Virus record (IMG/VR): IMGVR_UViG_3300027728_000568
Length of the DNA: 64,000 nt
Reading direction: 5' to 3' (one strand)
Source: an uncultured virus (IMG/VR IMGVR_UViG_3300027728_000568)
Taxonomy: Duplodnaviria; Heunggongvirae; Uroviricota; Caudoviricetes
Below, piece after piece: positions 9,983 to 18,863 of this stretch (its first letter is position 1; the number at the start of each line of letters is the position of its first letter). Below the pieces are notes generated by a model. That model saw only the letters and a list, made by a program, of their open reading frames with translations. It had not been told where the DNA came from and did no database searches. The translations under genes were made by a program, and so were the position numbers.

Positions 9983-10987
9983 TTATTTAATCTGTGTCCA
10001 AACTCGCTGACGAATCTGATCTTGCAACACTGTGGGCAAGTGTACATAATCCAATTCTTCACTCATGTTCTTGCCGTTCTTGAATGCCCAATCAAAGAAT
10101 TTCAACGCTTCATCACTGGCGGCTTTGTTAGTAGGATTTTTGTACATGATAATAAAACTTGCTGAACTCACTGGCCAGGCGTTGAGATTCTTTTGATCCA
10201 CAATGCTGAGTCCCATACCCGGAACTGAGAACCAATCAGCACCGTCTGCCGCAGCGGCAAATGTTACGTCATCTGGACTTACATATCGTCCTGCGTTGTT
10301 CTGGAGTTGTAGAAATGTCATGTTGTTCTTTTTAACATACGCATATTCCACATAACCAATTGATCCTTTGATACGGTTTACATTAGCAGCAACTCCTTCG
10401 TTGCCTTTACCACCCACTGAACTGGCAGCAGGCCATTTAACAGCAGCACCTCGGCCCACACGCTGTAGCCACTCGGGACTTACAGTAGCAAGATAGTCTG
10501 TCCAATTAAAAGTTGTACCCGAACCATCAGCACGGTGTACCACGGTGATTTCTGTATTAGGCAAGGTTTTACCTGGGTTCAATGCTGTTAATTTTGGGTC
10601 ATTCCACTTAGTAATGTTACCCATGAACACTTCCGCCATAACTGGTCCAGTGATCTTTAGTTCTCCGGGCTTGATACCATCTAAGTTAACAATAGGCACA
10701 GTACCGCCAATGATGGCAGGGAATTGTATCTGTCTCTGTTTGTCTAGGTCTTCACCCTTAACTGGAGCATCGGTGGCACCAAAGTCTACAGTTTTGGCAT
10801 TGATTTGTCTAATGCCACCTGAACTGCCAATTGATTGATAGTTCATGCCTTTACCAGTGGCCTTTTTATATGCTTCGGCCCATTTAGCATAGATTGGATA
10901 TGGAAATGTAGCGCCAGCGCCGGTAATTTCCTGTGCTGTTGCAGAAAATGCAACAATTGCAAGTAGCATGGTAATGAGTTTTTTCAT
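9983..10987 (-). CDS. pstS: Phosphate ABC transporter substrate-binding protein
   Basis: Signal peptide; GAGATFPYP, YQSIGSSGG, DFGATDAP, RADGSGTT, IGYVE; AAAGGA RBS before MKKL. Confidence 0.97.
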   Translation of the reverse strand: MKKLITMLLAIVAFSATAQEITGAGATFPYPIYAKWAEAYKKATGKGMNYQSIGSSGGIRQINAKTVDFGATDAPVKGEDLDKQRQIQFPAIIGGTVPIVNLDGIKPGELKITGPVMAEVFMGNITKWNDPKLTALNPGKTLPNTEITVVHRADGSGTTFNWTDYLATVSPEWLQRVGRGAAVKWPAASSVGGKGNEGVAANVNRIKGSIGYVEYAYVKKNNMTFLQLQNNAGRYVSPDDVTFAAAADGADWFSVPGMGLSIVDQKNLNAWPVSSASFIIMYKNPTNKAASDEALKFFDWAFKNGKNMSEELDYVHLPTVLQDQIRQRVWTQIK

Positions 10988-11029
10988 CAAAATTTCCTTT
11001 AGTTGATACATTTATTTAAGCATACAAGT

Positions 11030-11047
11030 ATTACAATTATGTTACAG
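11030..11047 (-). promoter_or_regulatory. Putative Pho box upstream of pstS
   Basis: CTGTAAC-ATAA-TTGTAAT, matching the 7-4-7 direct-repeat PhoB consensus CTGTCAT-A(A/T)A(T/A)-CTGT(C/A)A(C/T), about 10 nt upstream of TTAAATA. Confidence 0.65.
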
Positions 11048-12064
11048 ACTTAGCCAATGTTGATGTAATTGGTTAGTGGCCAAGTTCTTACCTTTGGCTT
11101 CAACTTGCATGTCCCACTCTTTACTAAAGGTCAACGCCCATTCAGTCACAGCATGATTCCACAAGAAGTCACTATGAGCTCGCAGCTTCTGCTTGCGGTA
11201 TCCAGAATTAAGAAGTTGTCCCAGGTCGGGACGAACATTGGGATCGTGATCCACCAAAACGTCTTCACGACTAACACTGTAGTGCAAAGCAGGACGAGTA
11301 CCACGCCAAGACTCCAACACGCGACGAGCACGAGGGTCGTTAGGAGTGATGTATTCGCCGGTGTTGATCCAGTGGTGGTGGATATCCAGCGTAAGAGCGC
11401 AATGCTCAGCCACAAGTAAAGTAACGTCGATCCCATTTGTCATCTCATCATTTTCAATAGCAATTAGATTCCTAGCTTCTGGAGTAAGTCGACCCAGGGT
11501 GCGAAGGAACTTTGTAGGGCCGCCTTTGCCCGACAAATGTACATTGATCTTAAATCCATGATCATGCCATGAACTGCCATACCCCATCCAACGAGCCATG
11601 TCCGCATGGTACTCGAATTCCAAAATACTACGTTCCACAATCTCGTCTGCTTCACTGGCCAACACACAAAATTGGCCTGGGTGAAAACTGAGCCGCACAC
11701 CAAGTCGACGTGCAGCTTCGCCCACAGGGGCAAAGATTTTTTTGCAATGCGCTTGGATGTCGGCCTGTTGCCACCAAGAAATCCAGCTGGGTTCAGTATA
11801 GCCTTGCAGCATTTCGCTGCCCAGCCGTACCATGCGACGTTCAGGAGCCATTGCACCCACACGTTCCACCATCATCAATGCTGCACGAGCATTGTGATTC
11901 ATAATATCCCACTGGCGTTGTTCGGCCTGGTCCTTGTGTTCACGTAACCAACGCATTGTGGTACTTCGTCCGTTGATGTCACGATCAATGGCGTTGACTT
12001 TCATTCCGCCAGTTTCATCTGGAGTGTTAAGCCATTTGCAGCAAAAACCAAATCGAGGATGCAT
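11042..12064 (-). CDS. uvsE: UV damage endonuclease
   Basis: RLSFHPGQF, NVHLSG, IENDE, LDIHHH, HYS, RAHSD, EAKGKNLA. Confidence 0.93.
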   Translation of the reverse strand: MHPRFGFCCKWLNTPDETGGMKVNAIDRDINGRSTTMRWLREHKDQAEQRQWDIMNHNARAALMMVERVGAMAPERRMVRLGSEMLQGYTEPSWISWWQQADIQAHCKKIFAPVGEAARRLGVRLSFHPGQFCVLASEADEIVERSILEFEYHADMARWMGYGSSWHDHGFKINVHLSGKGGPTKFLRTLGRLTPEARNLIAIENDEMTNGIDVTLLVAEHCALTLDIHHHWINTGEYITPNDPRARRVLESWRGTRPALHYSVSREDVLVDHDPNVRPDLGQLLNSGYRKQKLRAHSDFLWNHAVTEWALTFSKEWDMQVEAKGKNLATNQLHQHWLSL

Positions 12065-12066
12065 AA

Positions 12067-12612
12067 TTACTCACCGTTGTTGTTACCCAGTAATTGTAAC
12101 ACATTTGGCAATAGATCTCTAGTGATATTGGCAAGTTTTTGGATGGGTTCGGCAAGATCGGTATGATGATCTACTATTACCCATTGTTTACCGCTGCTGC
12201 GTATGGCTTCAGCTAATAGTCCAACATAGTTGGTTCTACGTTCTGTTGATTTGGTTTCTAGATCAAATCCAATCATAAGAATCACATCAGCTACACTTGC
12301 TACCAAATGAGCAGCAATTATGTCGTCAACCGAATCTACAGAAAAATCAAACTCTCCACCAAATGCCCGCACACCTTTGGGTGCCTTTAACTGTTCATAA
12401 ACTGTTTGTTGGATGTAAAGATTGCATATCTTTGCATATCCTTGTGCCACTAACTTGGCAGCTTGCTCGGTGTCCCAGCACACCACATTGTCGGTATTAT
12501 ATCCTCGTTGGGTTCGCCAGCTGCCCCAGATTGGTGCAAGATTTTTTATGGCCTGAACCGGTGTCGTGGGCGGCAACATGGTATTTTCGGCAAATAACCA
12601 GGCTATGTTCAT
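12067..12612 (-). CDS. Hypothetical protein
   Basis: ATGA overlap with the amidinotransferase stop; MIGFD motif. Confidence 0.7.
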   Translation of the reverse strand: MNIAWLFAENTMLPPTTPVQAIKNLAPIWGSWRTQRGYNTDNVVCWDTEQAAKLVAQGYAKICNLYIQQTVYEQLKAPKGVRAFGGEFDFSVDSVDDIIAAHLVASVADVILMIGFDLETKSTERRTNYVGLLAEAIRSSGKQWVIVDHHTDLAEPIQKLANITRDLLPNVLQLLGNNNGE

Positions 12613-13526
12613 GACTCTCTGTGCAGGTCTAAGGTGACACAATGAAACCCGCCGCCTAATGTTCGACTATGGCGAAGTTGCATAGGTACAACTGTGAATT
12701 GATTCTTTTCCAGGAAATCAATTAACATGGGTTGATTCTGATCTACAACTACTGTGTATGGATTTACTACCAGCATATTCAATGCTATCCATTTAGATGC
12801 ATATGGATATTGGAAGAACCCTTGTTCTTCCACGTGATTGCAATAGATGACTTCCCAGTCTTTTAACACTCGTGGTAAGTTTCCTGGAGTGACTCTACTG
12901 CCGTTGACTAATACCAATCCTTCACGTAACGGAACTATGGTTGAATCAATATGTACTCCTGCGTAGAAATTAACCAATTCAATATCTACTGTTGGAAATT
13001 GATTACATAACCAATCATATGCAGCGCGATTGCCTGATGCAGATTCTAAGAAAATCCATTTGTCATTTAGTCGTGCTATGTTGGCAGCATCCAGAGTCAT
13101 ACCCACATGTCTGGGCATGAATAGATAATTATCAGCAGCATCTGCTATATCACGATAGCATTCAATTTCCATATCTCTGCAAGGATACATCATGGCTGGA
13201 TTCACAATGGTATTACCGTATACCAACAATCGATCTCTAGGACAATAGTTATACATGCCATCGTGTTCTTGAAAATCAAGATCATCCGGGCGAAACACTT
13301 CTACATTCAATGATCGTAAAACCCCAGCTAATGCATCAAGGTCTTCATTGGCTTCTTTAATGATCCAGTCTGGCACTGGTCCCGACGGTAATGGAGTTTC
13401 TTTCCATAACGTTCTTTCACTTTCGCTGCGGAACACTGGATCTTTTGTTGGCCAATTGGCATGGTCAGCACGCCCTACTACTACGGATCGCAATGTATCC
13501 CATTCATTGAAACTGTGTATCTTCAT
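12609..13526 (-). CDS. Amidinotransferase (glycine/inosamine-phosphate amidinotransferase family)
   Basis: SFNEWDTLRSVVVG, YCPRD, DAAN, HIDST, RTLGGGFHCVTLD with catalytic Cys. Confidence 0.9.
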   Translation of the reverse strand: MKIHSFNEWDTLRSVVVGRADHANWPTKDPVFRSESERTLWKETPLPSGPVPDWIIKEANEDLDALAGVLRSLNVEVFRPDDLDFQEHDGMYNYCPRDRLLVYGNTIVNPAMMYPCRDMEIECYRDIADAADNYLFMPRHVGMTLDAANIARLNDKWIFLESASGNRAAYDWLCNQFPTVDIELVNFYAGVHIDSTIVPLREGLVLVNGSRVTPGNLPRVLKDWEVIYCNHVEEQGFFQYPYASKWIALNMLVVNPYTVVVDQNQPMLIDFLEKNQFTVVPMQLRHSRTLGGGFHCVTLDLHRES

Positions 13527-14044
13527 ACGGTTCCGGTAAGTTGTAATGTATATCTATCAGTTTGTCCCATGTTAGCTGCCAAGTGTAAAAAATCATCACG
13601 CCAGCTTACCCAATCACCGGCACGCCAGCCAGTAAACGGTTGTCCATTCATTTCCAAGTAATGCCCACTGGCCCAGTCCTCCATGAATACAATGGTGCGT
13701 ACCACATTGTGGGTGGTTTCTAATCCATGTATCAGCTTGAATCTATCATATGTATCTCTATGTGCAGGCAATACACTTCCTGGAGGCATACGATAAAAAC
13801 TCCAACCAAATCGTTCAAATGGAAATATTGTTTGGAACGGTGTTATCCAGTCTGGTTCGACTTGTTTCATGTCATACATGTCACCGGTGAATCTAGTTTG
13901 TGTATAACCTAATCTGCGCCACTCACGCAATGCGTAAGTGTCATTGAACTGCTGGTTGATGTAGTTGAGATCGCGATGTCGTAGATCCCACCAAGGATCT
14001 ACATGCCCTTGCGCCCAAGCATTATTTGTTGCGAGTGTTTCCAT
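13523..14044 (-). CDS. Cupin/2OG-Fe(II) oxygenase-like protein
   Basis: PGSVLPAHRD (HxD), distal HLAAN and RYTLQLTG. Confidence 0.75.
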   Translation of the reverse strand: METLATNNAWAQGHVDPWWDLRHRDLNYINQQFNDTYALREWRRLGYTQTRFTGDMYDMKQVEPDWITPFQTIFPFERFGWSFYRMPPGSVLPAHRDTYDRFKLIHGLETTHNVVRTIVFMEDWASGHYLEMNGQPFTGWRAGDWVSWRDDFLHLAANMGQTDRYTLQLTGTV

Positions 14045-15260
14045 AATGGACCACGGTTAGTCCTTCGACATTGGATAGTTTACGCCATGGATCAATGATC
14101 ACTGATCCTTTGGGTATTTCACAATAAGGTTGTGTTTCAGGTTGATCACCGGTGTATTCATATGTGATTTTACGATTGTGTGCCCACAAAATAACAGCAG
14201 GGCCTGCTAGCTCTGAGATTACTTCTTTAGGATCATCTGCCAATGGGTCAAGATACCTGACACTAAACCCTGCTTCTTTGATATAGTGACCAACCAATGT
14301 AGAATATGATCCAATACAATACGGAACATCGGGCTTGTATGCTTTACCATGAATCACTATGCTCATTCCAAGTTGTTTGGCATACTTTACTAAAAACAAT
14401 GCCAGATTCTTTGCTTGAATTTCTCGAGCATGCATCACAGTATCAAACAAGTCGTATCCAATGTCATACTCCTTGGCCAACCAACGCAAAGCAATGTTGT
14501 CGCGTGGGTGGCAGGCACCTGCATCACCCATACCTGCAGTCATGTATTTTGGCCCCATAATACGCATGGTGCTACGTGCTAATGCATTTGTAACAACGTC
14601 CACATTGATGTGACCAATTTTCATAGCAAAGTCTTGCACCATGTTTACCAATCCTACTTTGGCTGAAATAAATGTGTTGTAGAAGATCTTAACTGCTTCG
14701 CATTCGTCCCAGGTACCAATTTCGTAACGTGGATCGTTTTGCATCACAGTGTCGTAGAGATCCTTAAGTTCACCCGCAATGCCATTCCAGTCACCGTCTT
14801 CAGTACCAATCATAATCATTTCAGGATTAACCATATCCCACTTTACAGATCCCATGGCAATGAGATAAGGGTTGTAAAGGAACTGATGTATTGGATCTAG
14901 CAATGGCACAAAATTTCTACGTGTGGTTCCTGGTAACACTGTACTGATCAATACCACTTTCTTGGAACTACGGGCATGCTGGTTGATTTTGTGAATAGCA
15001 TCAATCACTGCGTCGTGCCCAAAATCTCGAGGTTCCATATGGCTTGATGGCACAGAGCCATCATACCCATCAGCATGAGGAGTTGGTACAGCAATAAAAA
15101 TCCATTCGCTTTCGTTGATCAATTCATCAATATCGCAAACTTTTACTGAGTCACTGGTTCGTGGGTAAATATCATAGCCTCTGACTTCATGCTTCTCAGC
15201 CATGACTTCAGCGCAATCCAATCCCAGTTTTCCAATGCCAATAAAACCAATTTTCTTCAT
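14022..15260 (-). CDS. UDP-glucose/GDP-mannose dehydrogenase family protein
   Basis: GIGKLG Rossmann motif, IAVPTP, STVLPG, EAVKIFYN, GACHPRD, GKAYKP. Confidence 0.92.
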   Translation of the reverse strand: MKKIGFIGIGKLGLDCAEVMAEKHEVRGYDIYPRTSDSVKVCDIDELINESEWIFIAVPTPHADGYDGSVPSSHMEPRDFGHDAVIDAIHKINQHARSSKKVVLISTVLPGTTRRNFVPLLDPIHQFLYNPYLIAMGSVKWDMVNPEMIMIGTEDGDWNGIAGELKDLYDTVMQNDPRYEIGTWDECEAVKIFYNTFISAKVGLVNMVQDFAMKIGHINVDVVTNALARSTMRIMGPKYMTAGMGDAGACHPRDNIALRWLAKEYDIGYDLFDTVMHAREIQAKNLALFLVKYAKQLGMSIVIHGKAYKPDVPYCIGSYSTLVGHYIKEAGFSVRYLDPLADDPKEVISELAGPAVILWAHNRKITYEYTGDQPETQPYCEIPKGSVIIDPWRKLSNVEGLTVVHYGNTRNK

Positions 15261-16601
15261 ATGAATATTCCTTTAGATAATCTTTATCATTGGGTGCAAG
15301 GCCTAGTACAACATCCAATGATACTTTATGTATTCCGTCCACATGGCAGCAAAGATATTTTTAATCTAACTCAGTTTGAAAACTATCCAGCCATAACATA
15401 TCTATTAGACATAGCGCCAGTGGTTATCTGCCATGACCAGGAACCATTAAATTTCAACGACCATAAATTTAATTTTGATCTTGATCGAATCAAACAGTTG
15501 TTATTACATAGAGGTCGTAACAGAAATGAGTTAAATATTCCAATAGAATTTTATTCTCATTTATCGTCATTTCCTAATTTTAATCCAAATTGGCTCAGAG
15601 CGGCCATTGGTCATAATGATTGGTTTATACTGTTACATAGTGAAAAGAATAGTTTGGATGTTGAGCAGTTTTCGCATGTGGGATTTGTTCCAGTTTACTA
15701 TTGGAGTCATGCCATGATTGCCAGAGATTGGTACAGATTTGCCCAACACGATAAGAGACTGACTCAGAAAAAAATACAAAAAACTTTTCTTGTGTATTGC
15801 AGAGACTGGATGCCACGTCGTGAATATAGATTAAAATTTCTTGATTTATTAGTAAACGCCGATTTAATCAATGACTGTAACATCAGCACTCAACACGTAA
15901 ACAATCAAGGTGTGCATCTTAAAGATTATGTTGCCAAAGATTCAAGATTTGCCATTGATACAAAACGTCTTGAGATTATACCCGACAACAATGTCAGCTC
16001 AAACGCTAGTGCTGACTACGATGTAACTGACATAAATGCCACTGCTATCAGTGTGGTGTTAGAAACAGTAGTAGATGATAAGATTCATCTGACAGAAAAG
16101 ATATTCAGACCCATTGCCTGCGCACACCCGTTTGTGCTAGTAGCGGGCCCTGGATCACTGGCATATCTTAGAAGTTATGGATTTAAGACATTTGATTCTG
16201 TGTTTGATGAAAGTTATGATCAACAAACCGATACTGTTAAACGATTAGAAATGGTTGTTCAACTCATGCAAAACATACAACAACTGACTGAGGCAGATTG
16301 GAGAGAAATCAATGACATTGCTGCATATAATAAACAACATTTTTTCAGCGATTCATTTGTAAATCAAGTTAAGGTCGAATTACAAACAAATCTCAATGGC
16401 GCAGTAGAATTCTGTCTTGAAAACCGTGGTGACACCTGGTGGAGATGGCGGAAGATTTTAAGACGCACAAGACAACTTTATCAACTTGCTATTTTTAAAT
16501 CTGACTTAGATAAGAATACCATTCGCGAATTAAGAAAACATAGATTACGAAAATCGCAGAATAACCCCAGTCCAGTCGTCCCCAAGGGTTTGGGTCTTTA
16601 G
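15261..16601 (+). CDS. Putative glycosyltransferase-like protein
   Basis: C-terminal VVLET..LTEKIFRPI..PFVL..GSLAYLRSYGFKTF..DESYD block reminiscent of GT-B nucleotide-sugar domains; start uncertain. Confidence 0.6.
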   Translation: MNIPLDNLYHWVQGLVQHPMILYVFRPHGSKDIFNLTQFENYPAITYLLDIAPVVICHDQEPLNFNDHKFNFDLDRIKQLLLHRGRNRNELNIPIEFYSHLSSFPNFNPNWLRAAIGHNDWFILLHSEKNSLDVEQFSHVGFVPVYYWSHAMIARDWYRFAQHDKRLTQKKIQKTFLVYCRDWMPRREYRLKFLDLLVNADLINDCNISTQHVNNQGVHLKDYVAKDSRFAIDTKRLEIIPDNNVSSNASADYDVTDINATAISVVLETVVDDKIHLTEKIFRPIACAHPFVLVAGPGSLAYLRSYGFKTFDSVFDESYDQQTDTVKRLEMVVQLMQNIQQLTEADWREINDIAAYNKQHFFSDSFVNQVKVELQTNLNGAVEFCLENRGDTWWRWRKILRRTRQLYQLAIFKSDLDKNTIRELRKHRLRKSQNNPSPVVPKGLGL

Positions 16602-16898
16602 ATCTTGAATACGTTCAATTAACACAGTATAAAAAGTGTCAAGTTCGCCATTCCATTTGCCTCGAAGATGCTCCACAGCATCTTCACAATATTTCCAATT
16701 GCGCTTGCGATACTCTTTTAATAGATTACTGTGCAATTCTTTGAATGTGTCCAAACTAAGCATTTCCATCAATGTTACTCGTTCAACCAGTGCGTAGGTA
16801 GTGGTCAGTTGTTGATCCACTTGAAATGTGTCTAGTTCTAATACTATGTATTTTTCTCGGGCTTGTTGTGCTGCCAGGTTGCCAAATATTATGTTCAT
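16545..16898 (-). CDS. Stand-alone homolog of the cyclase C-terminal domain
   Basis: Visible similarity to the last ~100 aa of the 940-2991 cyclase; AAAGGA RBS. Confidence 0.7.
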   Translation of the reverse strand: MNIIFGNLAAQQAREKYIVLELDTFQVDQQLTTTYALVERVTLMEMLSLDTFKELHSNLLKEYRKRNWKYCEDAVEHLRGKWNGELDTFYTVLIERIQDLKTQTLGDDWTGVILRFS

Positions 16899-16922
16899 GT
16901 GTAATCCTTTTAAATATGTATC

Positions 16923-17726
16923 ATGAGCATGACATTTGATTTAATTTCAGATCTACATCTGGAAACATGGCCCGGGGAATTTGATTGGTCCGGGCAACCT
17001 ACTAGCCCGGTGTGTGTAGTAGCTGGAGACATAAGTTCAGATCCTAGAATAGTGAGAAACTGTTTGAAACATCTGGCCAATTGTTATGCGGCTGTGTTTT
17101 ACATAGACGGTAATGACGAGCATACCTATAACTATCACAGAATAGGTCAAAGCTATCAAGAATTAGCTCGCAGTATTAATCGATTACATCGAGTCACATA
17201 TCTTCAAGACAATGTGGTTGTAATTGACGGTGTGGCTATATTGGGTACTAATGGATGGTGGGGATACGATCTAGATGAAAATATCAACAGAGACGATTGT
17301 AAACAACACATGACCGATTGGTACGCCAAGAAAATGCCTGGATTTAAAATAAATCCTGAAGAAATCAGTGACATGTCCAGACGTGATGTAGCTTATCTGG
17401 TCAACAGTGTGCAACGATTACAAACACACAATGATGTAAAAAAGATTGTGATTGTAACACATACTGTGCCTGGTGCGCATTTGATACAACATGATATAGA
17501 ATTAGCAAATACCACACAGTTTAATCACATGGGCAATAGACTCATGCATCTAGTGCATACCAATGATACTGAACGCAAAATAAACACCTGGTGCTTTGGC
17601 CACTATCATGGTAATGTGGACAAAACTATAGAAGGTATAAGATTTGTAAACAATTGCCGAGGGCGCGGCGACACATCTTATCGGCAAGATGTTTACTTTC
17701 CCAAACGCATAGAAATAAAAACTTAA
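16923..17726 (+). CDS. Calcineurin-like metallophosphoesterase
   Basis: SDLH, AGD, GNDE, THT, GHYH motifs. Confidence 0.88.
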   Translation: MSMTFDLISDLHLETWPGEFDWSGQPTSPVCVVAGDISSDPRIVRNCLKHLANCYAAVFYIDGNDEHTYNYHRIGQSYQELARSINRLHRVTYLQDNVVVIDGVAILGTNGWWGYDLDENINRDDCKQHMTDWYAKKMPGFKINPEEISDMSRRDVAYLVNSVQRLQTHNDVKKIVIVTHTVPGAHLIQHDIELANTTQFNHMGNRLMHLVHTNDTERKINTWCFGHYHGNVDKTIEGIRFVNNCRGRGDTSYRQDVYFPKRIEIKT

Positions 17727-17727
17727 T

Positions 17728-18036
17728 TTATTTAGAATCAGGCTCTAGCTTGATTTGCAAAGGAAAATCTTGCTCACGTGCGCTTTCGTTTACTTCATAC
17801 TTTTTTTGCTCAGCAATTTCAAACGGCAATACTGCTACAATAGCTTGACCATTTTCATGTATGCTCACTGTCAACTGTGTAGCTGTTTCAATGGTATAGT
17901 CAAAAAACTCTACTAGACTTTCTACTACAAATTCCATAGTAGTAGTGTTATCATTGATATAAATCACACGATAAAGAGGCGGCTCTTTGATGGCTTTTTT
18001 AGTTCGGATAATGGTTGCTGCTTCTGCGTTTGACAT
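17728..18036 (-). CDS. clpS: Clp protease adaptor ClpS
   Basis: PPLYRVIYINDNTTTMEFVV, IHENG, EIAEQK, FPL. Confidence 0.93.
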   Translation of the reverse strand: MSNAEAATIIRTKKAIKEPPLYRVIYINDNTTTMEFVVESLVEFFDYTIETATQLTVSIHENGQAIVAVLPFEIAEQKKYEVNESAREQDFPLQIKLEPDSK

Positions 18037-18091
18037 ATGGTTCCTATTGGAGTGGTAGGATAATTCCTACCACTGTATTTACACAATTATA

Positions 18092-18538
18092 TTACACAGT
18101 GTATGTGATTGCAATGCTCTTCGGCTTGGCTGATTCAGGAACTTTACGCTCCAAGTATACAGTCAAGATACCATCTTTGATGGCTGCACCATTGACTTCC
18201 ACGTGTTCGGCAAGCGGAAATGTTTGCTTGAACTCACGGCTAGAAATACCACGATGTAGATATTCATGCTCAACGCTGTCATTGCGCTTTTTATTACCAG
18301 TTACGGTAAGCAATCGCTTGTCCAAACTGATATCAATTTCGCCTTCAGAAAATCCTGCCACTGCGACTTCAATTGTGACTGTGTCGTCACCAGTTTTAAT
18401 CACATTGTGTGGAGGATAGTTGGTTGAGCTTTGAGTTTGTGTTACACGCATCAGATCGTCAAACAGATTGTCAAAACCAATTCCAAATTTGTTGAATGCG
18501 GGGATATCGAAACTACGAAGGTGTAGAGTTTTTGTCAT
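18092..18538 (-). CDS. Small heat shock protein (Hsp20/IbpA family)
   Basis: IGFD, YPPHN, EVAVAGF, YLHRGIS.REF, DGILTV. Confidence 0.95.
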   Translation of the reverse strand: MTKTLHLRSFDIPAFNKFGIGFDNLFDDLMRVTQTQSSTNYPPHNVIKTGDDTVTIEVAVAGFSEGEIDISLDKRLLTVTGNKKRNDSVEHEYLHRGISSREFKQTFPLAEHVEVNGAAIKDGILTVYLERKVPESAKPKSIAITYTV

Positions 18539-18601
18539 GTTGTTTCTCCTTTAATAAGCAAGTATGACTGAATAATGTAGACCCCACCATGGGCATCTAC
18601 A
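18534..18601 (-). promoter_or_regulatory. ROSE-like RNA thermometer in the hsp20 5' UTR
   Basis: 5' hairpin UGUAGA..UCUACA, then GUCAU-A-CUUGCU-UAUUAA-AGGAG-AAACAAC-AUGAC, which pairs both the SD and the AUG. Confidence 0.65.
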
Positions 18602-18622
18602 AATGTATTTATACAAGAAATC

Positions 18623-18859
18623 TCAGTGGCCGTCAAGTTTCATTGGCTCAATTACTCTATACTTTCTAAGATATTCATATGGTGGATTCCAGCTTAGAGC
18701 AAAAAAACTATAAAGTTCGTCGGATGCAAATACCACACGGGTTACATTTTTGACTGTTTTGGTCTGATAAGGTATATCGTATTTTTCTTGCCACTTATCT
18801 AATGCATCTTGAATATCATTCAAGTGACGAAAGTTCACAAGATCAAATGCAATATACAT
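18623..18859 (-). CDS. Hypothetical protein
   Basis: 78-aa ORF in operon orientation. Confidence 0.6.
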   Translation of the reverse strand: MYIAFDLVNFRHLNDIQDALDKWQEKYDIPYQTKTVKNVTRVVFASDELYSFFALSWNPPYEYLRKYRVIEPMKLDGH

Positions 18860-18863
18860 GACA

